In this document: positions 27,217 through 35,222 of the stretch, piece after piece | Position numbering within the stretch: position 1 is the first letter of the stretch | Layout of the letters: each line of letters opens with the position of its first letter | From: an uncultured Dehalococcoidia bacterium | GTDB taxonomy: Bacteria; Chloroflexota; Dehalococcoidia; Lucifugimonadales; CATQGZ01 | Reading direction: 5' to 3' | Assembly (NCBI GenBank): GCA_964570875.1 | Contig: CAZMZE010000021.1 | Location: 4,987 to 68,986 of the forward strand | DNA: 64,000 nt | Made by a program: the position numbers and the translations under genes | The notes under the pieces: model-generated | Told to the model about the DNA's origin: nothing | Seen by the model: only the letters and a program-made list of their open reading frames with translations | The model's database searches: none

Positions 27217-28404
27217 TCAGCTAGACATCACAGCCTTGATGGCAGTTTCGAAACCATTTAAACAACCTTCCAAAGTTCTGTCATCGACACAATACGAAAT
27301 CCTAAAATGACTTTGCAGACCAAATCCTTTGCCTGGCACAACCAATACCATGTGCTTTTTTAGTTCCTCTACGAACGTAACATCATCCTCTATTGGTGAA
27401 CGAGGAAACATGTAAAAGGCTCCTTGAGGCTTGACCATTTCATACCCCATTTGAGTCAAAGCGTGGAAAAGCAAATCCCGCTTGGCTTGGTATTCTCCTG
27501 AATCAATTGTGACGGACTGCAAATTCTTTACTATATGCTGCATCAAAGCTGGAGCATTAACAAATCCTAAGGTGCGATTACAGAAATTAAGAGCATCCAC
27601 TAAATTTGATCGTCCTTGGTATCTAGGGTGTATAGCTATGTATCCAATACGCTCACCGGGAAGGCCCAGATCTTTCGAATGAGATGTGGCAACAATTCCA
27701 CGGACGTGATGATCGAATATGTGCGGATACTCCAAGCCATCAAAGATGATTTTTCTATATGGCTCGTCACTTACCAAGAATATCTCAGTGCCAAATTCTT
27801 TTTCCTTTTCGCAGATTATTGCTGATAATCTTGATAGAATTTCGTGATCATAAACAACCCCTGTTGGGTTGTTGGGTGAATTGATTATCACTACTCTGGT
27901 TTTATCAGACAGAGTGGATTTGAATTTGTCCAGATCCGGATAATATTTATTATCCGGGGGTACCGATTTGCAAATCCCTCCATGATTGTCAGCGTAGTAA
28001 ACATACTCTACGAAGTATGGAGCAAATACCACCACCTCATCCCCTGGATCAAGCAAAGACTTCAAGACAACATTCAAAGCTCCGCCAGCTCCGCATGTCA
28101 TCAAAATCTCATCCTTAGTGAAAGGTACTCCTATTTCATCGCTCAATCGTAAAGCAATCGCTTCTCTAGTCTCAGGATAACCAGCGTTCGGCATGTATCT
28201 ATGCATACCAGCCTGGGGATTCAAGGCAATCCGTCTTAACTCAGCAATAAACTGATCTGGTGGCTCAATTATTGGATTCCCAAGTGATAGATCAAAGACA
28301 TTATCGGGTCCATATTGCTCTTTGAGATGAATCCCCTCTTCAAACATACGCCTTATCCATGAGCCCTGTTCCATAAACTGTCTTATTTTCTTAGATACAG
28401 GCAT
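27217..28404 (-). CDS. class I/II pyridoxal-phosphate-dependent aminotransferase
   Basis: SPNNPTG and SHSKDLGLPGERIGY (PLP Lys) motifs. Start reset to ATG 28404 (MPVSKKIRQF...), preceded by GGAGGG. The track start at 28419 is a TTG inside the RBS. Confidence 0.85.
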   Translation of the reverse strand: MPVSKKIRQFMEQGSWIRRMFEEGIHLKEQYGPDNVFDLSLGNPIIEPPDQFIAELRRIALNPQAGMHRYMPNAGYPETREAIALRLSDEIGVPFTKDEILMTCGAGGALNVVLKSLLDPGDEVVVFAPYFVEYVYYADNHGGICKSVPPDNKYYPDLDKFKSTLSDKTRVVIINSPNNPTGVVYDHEILSRLSAIICEKEKEFGTEIFLVSDEPYRKIIFDGLEYPHIFDHHVRGIVATSHSKDLGLPGERIGYIAIHPRYQGRSNLVDALNFCNRTLGFVNAPALMQHIVKNLQSVTIDSGEYQAKRDLLFHALTQMGYEMVKPQGAFYMFPRSPIEDDVTFVEELKKHMVLVVPGKGFGLQSHFRISYCVDDRTLEGCLNGFETAIKAVMSS

Positions 28405-28520
28405 GGTGCGTCCCTCCAATCAGGTAATTGTGCAGTCGAATCGACTTTAACGCTCCGATACATCACTGTCAACGAAAACATCACTCTTAAACTGAAGCTC
28501 GACTCTTCTTTACATTTTCC

Positions 28521-28549
28521 TTGACAGTACTCAGTGCTTTAGATACGCT
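28521..28549 (+). promoter_or_regulatory. sigma70-type promoter candidate for the tRNA gene
   Basis: TTGACA (28521-28526), 17 nt, then TACGCT (28544-28549), 16 nt upstream of the tRNA 5' end. Confidence 0.45.
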
Positions 28550-28565
28550 AATTCACTAGAATAAC

Positions 28566-28640
<75 letters not shown>

Positions 28641-28687
28641 AAACACTTTGGCTGATACCGGAAACCTCCATTAATCTCTGCTGTTAT

Positions 28688-28882
28688 TTATACAATTACA
28701 GCATGGCATTTTTTGTACTTTTTACCACTCCCGCATGGGCACTTTTCATTACGTCCAACCTTCCGACCATTAGATTGGCTTTCAAAACGCTTCTGGGCTA
28801 TTGACTTGTCCAGACATTTTGCGCATGTGCAAGCTTGACCATGTTCTTCATGCCAATTACTACGCTCTTTACCAATAACCAT
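28688..28882 (-). CDS. small SEC-C motif (zinc-binding) protein
   Basis: 64 aa ending [18 protein letters not shown], the SEC-C metal-binding motif found at SecA C-termini. An additional CTCAKC lies upstream. Confidence 0.75.
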   Translation of the reverse strand: MVIGKERSNWHEEHGQACTCAKCLDKSIAQKRFESQSNGRKVGRNEKCPCGSGKKYKKCHAVIV

Positions 28883-28940
28883 TTCTGCCTTCTAACCAAG
28901 AGTATCTTGAATTTTTACGCTACGCAGACATCATTAGGTA

Positions 28941-29765
28941 TCATATGTGTGAAAGTTCACTGTCCATCATGGCGCGCCGTCGAGCATAAGCGCAATTCTC
29001 ACATGACTTATTCCCGGATGGCACATTATCTGAATTCAATAAGCCTATCATTTCCAAAACTTTATCCTCTATCCAATCAATTCCCCATCTATAGGGAATT
29101 AAAGTCTCGCTAAAAACTAACTGCCCATCAAATCCTGATGCATTTCTATCAGCATTACAAACATAAAAATAGCCTACATCCGAGACATCGAATCCCATGT
29201 TTATAAGCAAGTAAGCATAGAAATCCAGCTGGTTTTTGTACGATTGATGGTAAGTACCCGATAGGTACAACTCAGGTACGACAGGATATCCACTCGCCTG
29301 TGATTTATAATCTACCACTATTAATTGTTGTTCTTCACGGTCAAACCATATGTCATCTACACCGCCATGAAGAACAATATTACTGTCTTTAAACTGATAT
29401 TTGAGCCCGCCTTTCAAAGAATCTCTCCATAAATCCATAGATTCATGCTTATATGGCACGACGTTGCCAAGACCAAATTCACTAAATAAGCGGTGGGGTA
29501 TTTCACGTTCTCTACAAACATCAAATTCTTTTTTCAATAATCTGTCAGTAGTTTCATTGAGCGTCCACCCCGGAGTTGACGGAGAAATCAACCCTCTCAC
29601 ACGATCCAGATAAAAGCAGCGCTCACAATCCAGAAAATCGTTGAATTTGCTCCTACTTATATTAAATAACCCAGCCTGGTTCGGGGAATATATAGATGAA
29701 CTTCTACTCCTTACACCAGTAGCTTCCACCAACGCTCCCTTGCTATTTCGTTTCAGACTTATCAT
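28941..29765 (-). CDS. PD-(D/E)XK nuclease family protein (Cas4/RecB-nuclease-like, Cys-flanked)
   Basis: GGVDDIW...LIVVDYKS (D...D-x-K), QLDFYAYLL (QxxxY), N-terminal CERCFY and C-terminal CENCAY cysteine pairs. Start set at ATG 29765 (MISLKRN...), preceded by AAGGTGA. The track ORF extends to 29852. Confidence 0.6.
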   Translation of the reverse strand: MISLKRNSKGALVEATGVRSRSSSIYSPNQAGLFNISRSKFNDFLDCERCFYLDRVRGLISPSTPGWTLNETTDRLLKKEFDVCREREIPHRLFSEFGLGNVVPYKHESMDLWRDSLKGGLKYQFKDSNIVLHGGVDDIWFDREEQQLIVVDYKSQASGYPVVPELYLSGTYHQSYKNQLDFYAYLLINMGFDVSDVGYFYVCNADRNASGFDGQLVFSETLIPYRWGIDWIEDKVLEMIGLLNSDNVPSGNKSCENCAYARRRAMMDSELSHI

Positions 29766-30120
29766 ATATTTCACCTTATGGAGTGTAACCAGTTTACCGA
29801 TAGCTCGAAACTTTTTATTGATGGCACATAAGATAAAATTGAACACCACCAATGAGCAAAACTATAATAACCTAAATGATTGTAAAGAAAATCTTTCTGG
29901 TCATTTCAGAATTGTTACAATTTCACATATACGTCATCAATATAATTAATTCAAAACAATGTTAATATCTTACTGTAGCATTCACATCAAGTATTATTGA
30001 ATTTCTTTGTCTTTCCCCGCTAAATTTCTAGGATCTGGCAGATCCTAGATGATGTAGTATCTACTAAATTGGGCACACAGCTTTCAGACAATATCACCCC
30101 ACTTGGAGTTAAGTATCAAA

Positions 30121-30594
30121 ATGGAAATCACTGTGCGAAAAGCATCACTAACCGACTTATCGAATATAGTGGATCTCTATTTAGAAAATTCGAATCGACG
30201 TTGGTCAGAGTTCGACAAGCAAATGTTGGAGTCAGGCCTCAGAAAACTAATATCTGCCCCGTCAAAAGGTTTTCAGATGGTGGCCGAGGTTGAACAAGAT
30301 ATCGTAGGCATACTTAGAATTGCGCCTGAATGGAGTCCATTGAGAGATAGTTCATTCTGGTGGATCGAGAATGTTTACGTTAGACCAAACTGGCGACGTA
30401 AAGGAGTGTACCGAAAGATGTACAACTACATTTACGATTCTGCAAAGAAAAACAAAAAGATTTGTGGTATTCGACTCTACACAGAGCAAGATAACACTGT
30501 GGCACGTAAAACATATGTAGAAACTGGCATGAGAGGAAAACTAACCGAACTTTTTGAGATCGACTTCATTTTCGGCCCAGAGGCTCGTGCTTAA
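30121..30594 (+). CDS. GNAT family N-acetyltransferase
   Basis: IENVYVRPNWRRKGVYRKMYNYI fits GNAT motif A (V.p..Rr.Gig..l). ATG at 30121 is preferred over the TTG at 30103. Confidence 0.8.
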   Translation: MEITVRKASLTDLSNIVDLYLENSNRRWSEFDKQMLESGLRKLISAPSKGFQMVAEVEQDIVGILRIAPEWSPLRDSSFWWIENVYVRPNWRRKGVYRKMYNYIYDSAKKNKKICGIRLYTEQDNTVARKTYVETGMRGKLTELFEIDFIFGPEARA

Positions 30595-30680
30595 TATGTC
30601 CAATAGCTATAATTACCGATACACGGAATTGGATTTCCTAACAACACACGTACCCCTAATGCTTAATAAAGGTTGATTTT

Positions 30681-31175
30681 ATGGAATTTATCCTCAACCG
30701 ATATTCGTTCGTTTTAATATCTCTGATCATTTTGATAATATCTTTTTGGTTAGCCTCTCGTGTTGCAGGAACTATTATTTCTGTTTGCACAATGGGAATA
30801 ATTTTGTTTCTGCTAATCGGTTTTCAGCTGATTTTCAGTAGTCACTCAAATTCGATTGAGAGTGTCGAAGATTTAAACACCTCATTAAATCCGAATAAAC
30901 CCGTCTTAATCATGTTATATTCCAATTATTGAGTTGCTTGCCTTTCGGCAAAGCCTGAAGTTGACAGGCTAGAGTCTAAACTTAAAGACAATTTAGATGT
31001 AGTCAGGATCGATATCAGTTCGGAAGCTGGCAGACACCTCAGATCCAAATATGCAGCAAAAACTGTCCCAACTTTTCTTGTACTAGGTAGAGAAAGAGAC
31101 TTATTATTGTCCAAAAGAGGAATTGCGCCCAATTTAAAGGTTATATTGTCTCTCGATTTTAAATATCCTGAATAG
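30681..31175 (+). CDS. membrane-anchored thioredoxin-fold protein with in-frame TGA at the CxxC position (putative selenoprotein, U-V-A-C)
   Basis: The frame stays open across TGA 30930-30932 to TAG 31173-31175. Joined product: two N-terminal TM helices, then KPVLIMLYSNY-[TGA]-VACLSAKPEVDRLESKL...VVRIDISSE...KTVPTFLVLG..., a thioredoxin fold with the cis-Pro TVPT. The downstream half has no in-frame ATG or GTG of its own. Confidence 0.7.
30936..30969 (+). promoter_or_regulatory. candidate bacterial SECIS hairpin(s) downstream of the in-frame UGA
   Basis: Hairpin A (30936-30954): GCTTGCC-TTTC-GGCAAAGC, 7 bp with one bulged A. Hairpin B (30953-30969): GCCTG-AAGTTGA-CAGGC, 5 bp with a GUU-containing 7-nt loop that starts about 25 nt after the UGA. 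Confidence 0.45.
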
Positions 31176-31195
31176 TAGGCATAAGGAGACCAAGC

Positions 31196-31408
31196 ATGTC
31201 ATCAGCACCTAAATTTACCTGCGACAAATGTGGCAATACTGAATACAAAAGTGGTCAAATAAGAACTACAGGATCTGGTATCTCCAGATTTCTAAACCTC
31301 CAGAATCAAAAGTTTGAAACATTTTCATGCACTGAATGCGGTTATACCGAGTTGTTCCGTTCCGACGGGGGTGGTGTTGGTAACATTTTTGACGTACTAA
31401 GCGGCTAA
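31196..31408 (+). CDS. zinc-ribbon domain protein
   Basis: 70 aa with CDKCG...(36 aa)...CTECG cysteine pairs. AAGGAG RBS. Starts 20 nt after the thioredoxin-like gene. Confidence 0.7.
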   Translation: MSSAPKFTCDKCGNTEYKSGQIRTTGSGISRFLNLQNQKFETFSCTECGYTELFRSDGGGVGNIFDVLSG

Positions 31409-31439
31409 CTGTTACCAGATCTTTGGATTTTCAGAAATA

Positions 31440-31469
31440 AAACGGTAGACAATTCCTTGTCTACCGTTT
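31440..31469. terminator. perfect 13-bp hairpin between convergent genes (likely bidirectional terminator)
   Basis: AAACGGTAGACAA-TTCC-TTGTCTACCGTTT with A/T-rich flanks. Lies between the + strand Zn-ribbon gene and the - strand clpS. Confidence 0.5.
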
Positions 31470-31568
31470 AGAACTAACATGTTTCGCGATTAATAGTACA
31501 ACTGTTAATGCAGCAAGGCATGTTTGGCGCCGACATGAAAATCGCCTAAGAAAAAGCCTTTGCGGTTG

Positions 31569-31871
31569 TCACGCTTTTTCTATTGTTATTGATAGCGAAT
31601 AAGTCCGTAATCGGTCTCTGTAAAACTCAGCCTGCTCGAGTGGGCAGGAAATTACAATAGCTCTGCCTTCAGTGTGGGCTTCAAGCATTATGGCCTCGGC
31701 TCTCTCTGATGAAAGTACGGAGACACTCTTTAGCAAAGCTGAAACAACAAATCCCATCGAATGCACTTCATCATTATGAAGTATCACTGAATAAGGAGGC
31801 AGAATGTCCCTTATCGTCCTTGTGAATGACTCTGAATTTGTCGTCGACAAAAGGTGCACAAGATTTTTCAT
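31569..31871 (-). CDS. clpS: ATP-dependent Clp protease adaptor ClpS
   Basis: 100 aa. PPYSVILHNDEVHSMGFVV and the EA..IM.EAH..G.A pattern. Confidence 0.9.
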   Translation of the reverse strand: MKNLVHLLSTTNSESFTRTIRDILPPYSVILHNDEVHSMGFVVSALLKSVSVLSSERAEAIMLEAHTEGRAIVISCPLEQAEFYRDRLRTYSLSITIEKA

Positions 31872-31940
31872 GTCAATCTTTTTACTTGGAAATAGGAAGC
31901 TAAATAACGTTCGGTTCAGCTACTACTATCACTCTCCTTG

Positions 31941-33368
31941 CTAAAATGGCATCATGCGTTCGATCACAGTTTCAGGCAATTCACCAACAATCTTATCCAC
32001 ATTTACGGATTCTATCGGCCTCTTAACTGACGTAGGATCAATTCCTGCCTTCAACGCACCTATCACTCCGGCGGCTTCTAGGTAACTATCAACTATGTTA
32101 AGTTGGCCAGGCATCCAGGGCAATTGGCCTAAATCATTAGACATCAATGTCTTGTTTTCTCTAACTGCTATCACTGGTATGCCTTGCGAGAGTGCTGCTA
32201 AAGTTGGCAGTCCGAGGCAACCGTCCGGTATGACCACACATGATATATCTTCAGCTGTCAACGCCGATCTATGCGTTATAGATGATGTGTCAGTTAGTAT
32301 GCGGGGACTCGATTTCAAACCTTTCAATATGCATTGGAGAAAAGTCAAAGATATTGCCTCAGCTGCCATTCTTGGGTCAACAATTCCGGGATCCATATTT
32401 GCAATATCTTGAGTTTCCATCATTGGTGAATGCGCGGAGGGGACATTGTAAACAGTTGACACTGCGTGAGTAAGCAAGGCCTCTACTCCTCCCCAAGGAT
32501 TAACCATGTCTCCTCCCAATTCAAAGTACTCAGTATGGTAATTTTCCGGCACAATGATTCTAGAAGACAATGCCACCGCATCATAATAACTTACTCTCTT
32601 CTTCAATTCATTGGTAAGCAAATCTAGATTATGTACTCGGCCTGTTGCACGTCCGCTAGAAGTGAAACTAGAATCCATAACAAAACATGGGTCTATTTCC
32701 AATATATCTACCCCTGACAGTCCGTAAGAAACACGAGCAGCATTTACCGCATTTATGGCAGCATTCATAAACACTTGATCTTCGTGAGAATCTAAGACAA
32801 CCAAAATCCGATTTCTTCTAACGGGAAGTAACCCGACGGTTCCCATCAATAATCGAGTCAAAACACTTCCTTCAACATACAAAGCATTTTGGGGAAGGTC
32901 TATTATGTCTGAAGCATTAACAACATTGGGGTGAGTTATTAATGAATCGCTTACAGAAGCGAGTAAAGAAGCTACGGGGGTAGCATCACCCGCGTGGCCG
33001 CCTATTTCTGCTCCTACTCCTGTCGGAACGATCAATACTGTTGTAAATTTGTCGGGAACTTCCAATCGACGTGGTACAAACTTAAATATTGAATCTACAT
33101 TATGTTGATCTTGATCAACCATTAGGCCAATTTCGCACCTATAACGAAATCGGTCTGAGCTCGAAACAATAAATCGGATTGGCACTTCTCCTGCCTGCAG
33201 AAACTTCTTCACTGATTCTGACAAACCATGGATTAAATTTCGACCAGTATTGTCAGAAGTTAATATTTTATCTGGGTTTATTTTGATTTCAATTTCACGT
33301 TCAGATAGGAACACTGGTTGTAGATCTCCATTTCGTGGCGTAATCTTGGTATGTAAATTCCTTTTCAA
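31941..33368 (-). CDS. uncharacterised conserved protein (PTGVGAEIGGHAGDA motif; DUF3326-like by recollection)
   Basis: 475-aa ORF overlapping the nspC stop. An alternative GTG at 33314 would overlap by 14 nt. Motif VLIVPTGVGAEIGGHAGDATPV. It is not Rossmann-like and not saccharopine-dehydrogenase-like. Confidence 0.35.
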   Translation of the reverse strand: MKRNLHTKITPRNGDLQPVFLSEREIEIKINPDKILTSDNTGRNLIHGLSESVKKFLQAGEVPIRFIVSSSDRFRYRCEIGLMVDQDQHNVDSIFKFVPRRLEVPDKFTTVLIVPTGVGAEIGGHAGDATPVASLLASVSDSLITHPNVVNASDIIDLPQNALYVEGSVLTRLLMGTVGLLPVRRNRILVVLDSHEDQVFMNAAINAVNAARVSYGLSGVDILEIDPCFVMDSSFTSSGRATGRVHNLDLLTNELKKRVSYYDAVALSSRIIVPENYHTEYFELGGDMVNPWGGVEALLTHAVSTVYNVPSAHSPMMETQDIANMDPGIVDPRMAAEAISLTFLQCILKGLKSSPRILTDTSSITHRSALTAEDISCVVIPDGCLGLPTLAALSQGIPVIAVRENKTLMSNDLGQLPWMPGQLNIVDSYLEAAGVIGALKAGIDPTSVKRPIESVNVDKIVGELPETVIERMMPF

Positions 33369-34509
33369 GAACTACTTCGCCAAGGTTATTGCGTGAATAT
33401 ACAGAAGGCAAATTAATACCGTTAAAAGTATGAGCTTTAGCTAAGGTGTAAGCACCTACATCTTTAAAAATTATTTTAGTACCTATTTCCAACGGTCTGG
33501 GGAAGCTGTAATTTCCGAATATATCTCCAGCTAGACAGGTACTGCCAGCCAAAATGTATTTTGATCCACTCGCTTCATCCACTCCTATTATTTCTAGCTC
33601 ATCTCCAAATTCCAATACTTCTGGAACATGATTCACGGTTGTATCAAGAACAGCGATGAGTTTTCCATCCCTTGTAAATAAATCTACAACCGAAGAAACC
33701 AAATATCCCGCTGATCTTATCAAACTTGCTCCAGGCTCTATGAATACTGTCAGGCCATATTTTGTTGTAAGTAGTTCTATAGATTCAATAACAGGTGAAA
33801 GGTCCTCAATTTCATCAAAAAGGTACCCACCTCCTAGGTTGACCCATTGCATTCGTTTGAGAACAGAACTGGCACCCGCATCCAGCTCCGATACTATCTT
33901 GAAAAACTGGAGCGGATCACTCGAATCACAATTAGTATGTACGTGCATCCCTTCAATTGTTGAAATAAAAGCATCATTTTCTATAAAAAATTCGCCGACT
34001 TCTTCAAGAGGAACACCAAGTTTGGAATACTCTCTACATGGGTCGTAGCGATTGTCATCTACAAATGAAAGTCTGGGATTACATCGAATACCGATACTGG
34101 CCTTAGGCGAAATTTTTTGCCCATAGTTTTTCAGATGCCCCAGTGAATTAAACGAAATGAAATCGCAAAGAGATGATATTTCTTCGACTTCATGCTTTCT
34201 CAAACCAGGGGTTGTGATGTGGATAGTACCTTTATCGCCTATAGTTTCACGGGCCAGACGTGCTTCGAATAATGAGCTAACTGATATGCCATCCAATCGG
34301 TTAATCATGTGATTAATCGTTCCATCAAATGAAAAAGCCTTCATAGAAAACAAAACATTGCATCCAGTGGCATGTTTAATTAAATCAGTCGAATCAAGTA
34401 GTCTGTCAATTACAGTCTCATCATAAATAAACGCCGGAGTCTGAATATCGCTGGGTATCTGAGACACGGAAATCGTATCAAGTTTATCTTTTAGGTATGA
34501 AGTTGACAT
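33301..34509 (-). CDS. nspC: carboxynorspermidine/carboxyspermidine decarboxylase
   Basis: 402 aa. QTPAFIYDE...VLFSMKAFS (PLP Lys), VNLGGGY, and a layout matching the alanine-racemase-fold decarboxylases of the NspC type. Confidence 0.8.
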   Translation of the reverse strand: MSTSYLKDKLDTISVSQIPSDIQTPAFIYDETVIDRLLDSTDLIKHATGCNVLFSMKAFSFDGTINHMINRLDGISVSSLFEARLARETIGDKGTIHITTPGLRKHEVEEISSLCDFISFNSLGHLKNYGQKISPKASIGIRCNPRLSFVDDNRYDPCREYSKLGVPLEEVGEFFIENDAFISTIEGMHVHTNCDSSDPLQFFKIVSELDAGASSVLKRMQWVNLGGGYLFDEIEDLSPVIESIELLTTKYGLTVFIEPGASLIRSAGYLVSSVVDLFTRDGKLIAVLDTTVNHVPEVLEFGDELEIIGVDEASGSKYILAGSTCLAGDIFGNYSFPRPLEIGTKIIFKDVGAYTLAKAHTFNGINLPSVYSRNNLGEVVLEKEFTYQDYATKWRSTTSVPI

Positions 34510-34572
34510 ATCTGGTTATTGGGATTCTAGCACACGAAACTCTAGGTACAAGAATATTAGCTACGTTCCTGA

Positions 34573-34601
34573 TTGACCATATGTTACATCACCCATAGAA
34601 T
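34573..34601 (+). promoter_or_regulatory. sigma70-type promoter candidate
   Basis: TTGACC (34573-34578), 17 nt, then TAGAAT (34596-34601). AGGAG RBS before ATG 34633. Confidence 0.45.
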
Positions 34602-34632
34602 GAGAGAATAGACTCAACTAGGAGAACCACAT

Positions 34633-35199
34633 ATGCTAAGAGGGCTATTCGGTTCTAAGAAGAAAAACTCGACTGACTCAGAAGATTCGGATCCAACAAT
34701 CCAATCAGCAGAAATCGGCGACATCCTCGTTATCAATGGATTCTCCTATCCGCTAGAGGATTCATACCTTTTGATTGAAAAAATTACTGAATACCAAGGC
34801 TCATCTGGTTATTGGCACGAATTGGTTTGCGTAGAAAATGACATACGGACATCTATAGAATTTTCTCAGGAAGATGAATTATTTATAACAGCTACAGATC
34901 AAACATCTCCTCTATCTATTGATGCTATCGGGATCACCGAAGAAATCTTGACTAGGATGGATGAAGAACATTCGAGAAGTAATGGTTTCTTGTATGAAGG
35001 CATCGAGTATGTATACTCAAATAGTTATGAGGCATGTGTTAAGGGAAAAACATATGAAGAAACAGGATTCTATATCTGGGAATTCAGTAGTGTTGATGGG
35101 CAGAGTCTATTAAGCGTAATTAAATCATCTGGGGTACCTTTTGAGGTTTATACTCCAAGGATTTTGGATACTGAAAATATAAGCGTATACAAACAGTAG
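34633..35199 (+). CDS. DUF4178-like protein
   Basis: 188 aa. The pattern IGDILVINGFSYPLE...EYQGSSGYWHELVCV resembles DUF4178 (G..f...g..y.v.....W.Ey.l). Identified from memory only. Confidence 0.4.
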   Translation: MLRGLFGSKKKNSTDSEDSDPTIQSAEIGDILVINGFSYPLEDSYLLIEKITEYQGSSGYWHELVCVENDIRTSIEFSQEDELFITATDQTSPLSIDAIGITEEILTRMDEEHSRSNGFLYEGIEYVYSNSYEACVKGKTYEETGFYIWEFSSVDGQSLLSVIKSSGVPFEVYTPRILDTENISVYKQ

Positions 35200-35222
35200 A
35201 GAACATTATAGGAGTCGTTACT

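Noticed and set aside
28405-28419. TTG-initiated five-codon extension of the aminotransferase ORF
   Set aside because: The extension (MEGRT) is itself the GGAGGG ribosome-binding site for the ATG at 28404.
30930-30932. Alternative genetic code (TGA = Trp or Gly) as the explanation for the in-frame TGA
   Set aside because: TGA clearly terminates well-conserved genes in this window, for example the ORFs ending at 2739, 6097 and 10114. The codon sits at a Cys position, not a Trp or Gly position, of the thioredoxin motif.
30926-31132. 68-aa minus-strand ORF in the track
   Set aside because: It lies exactly antisense to the thioredoxin-fold half of the read-through gene. It has no recognisable motif and is best explained as a shadow ORF of the + strand coding frame.
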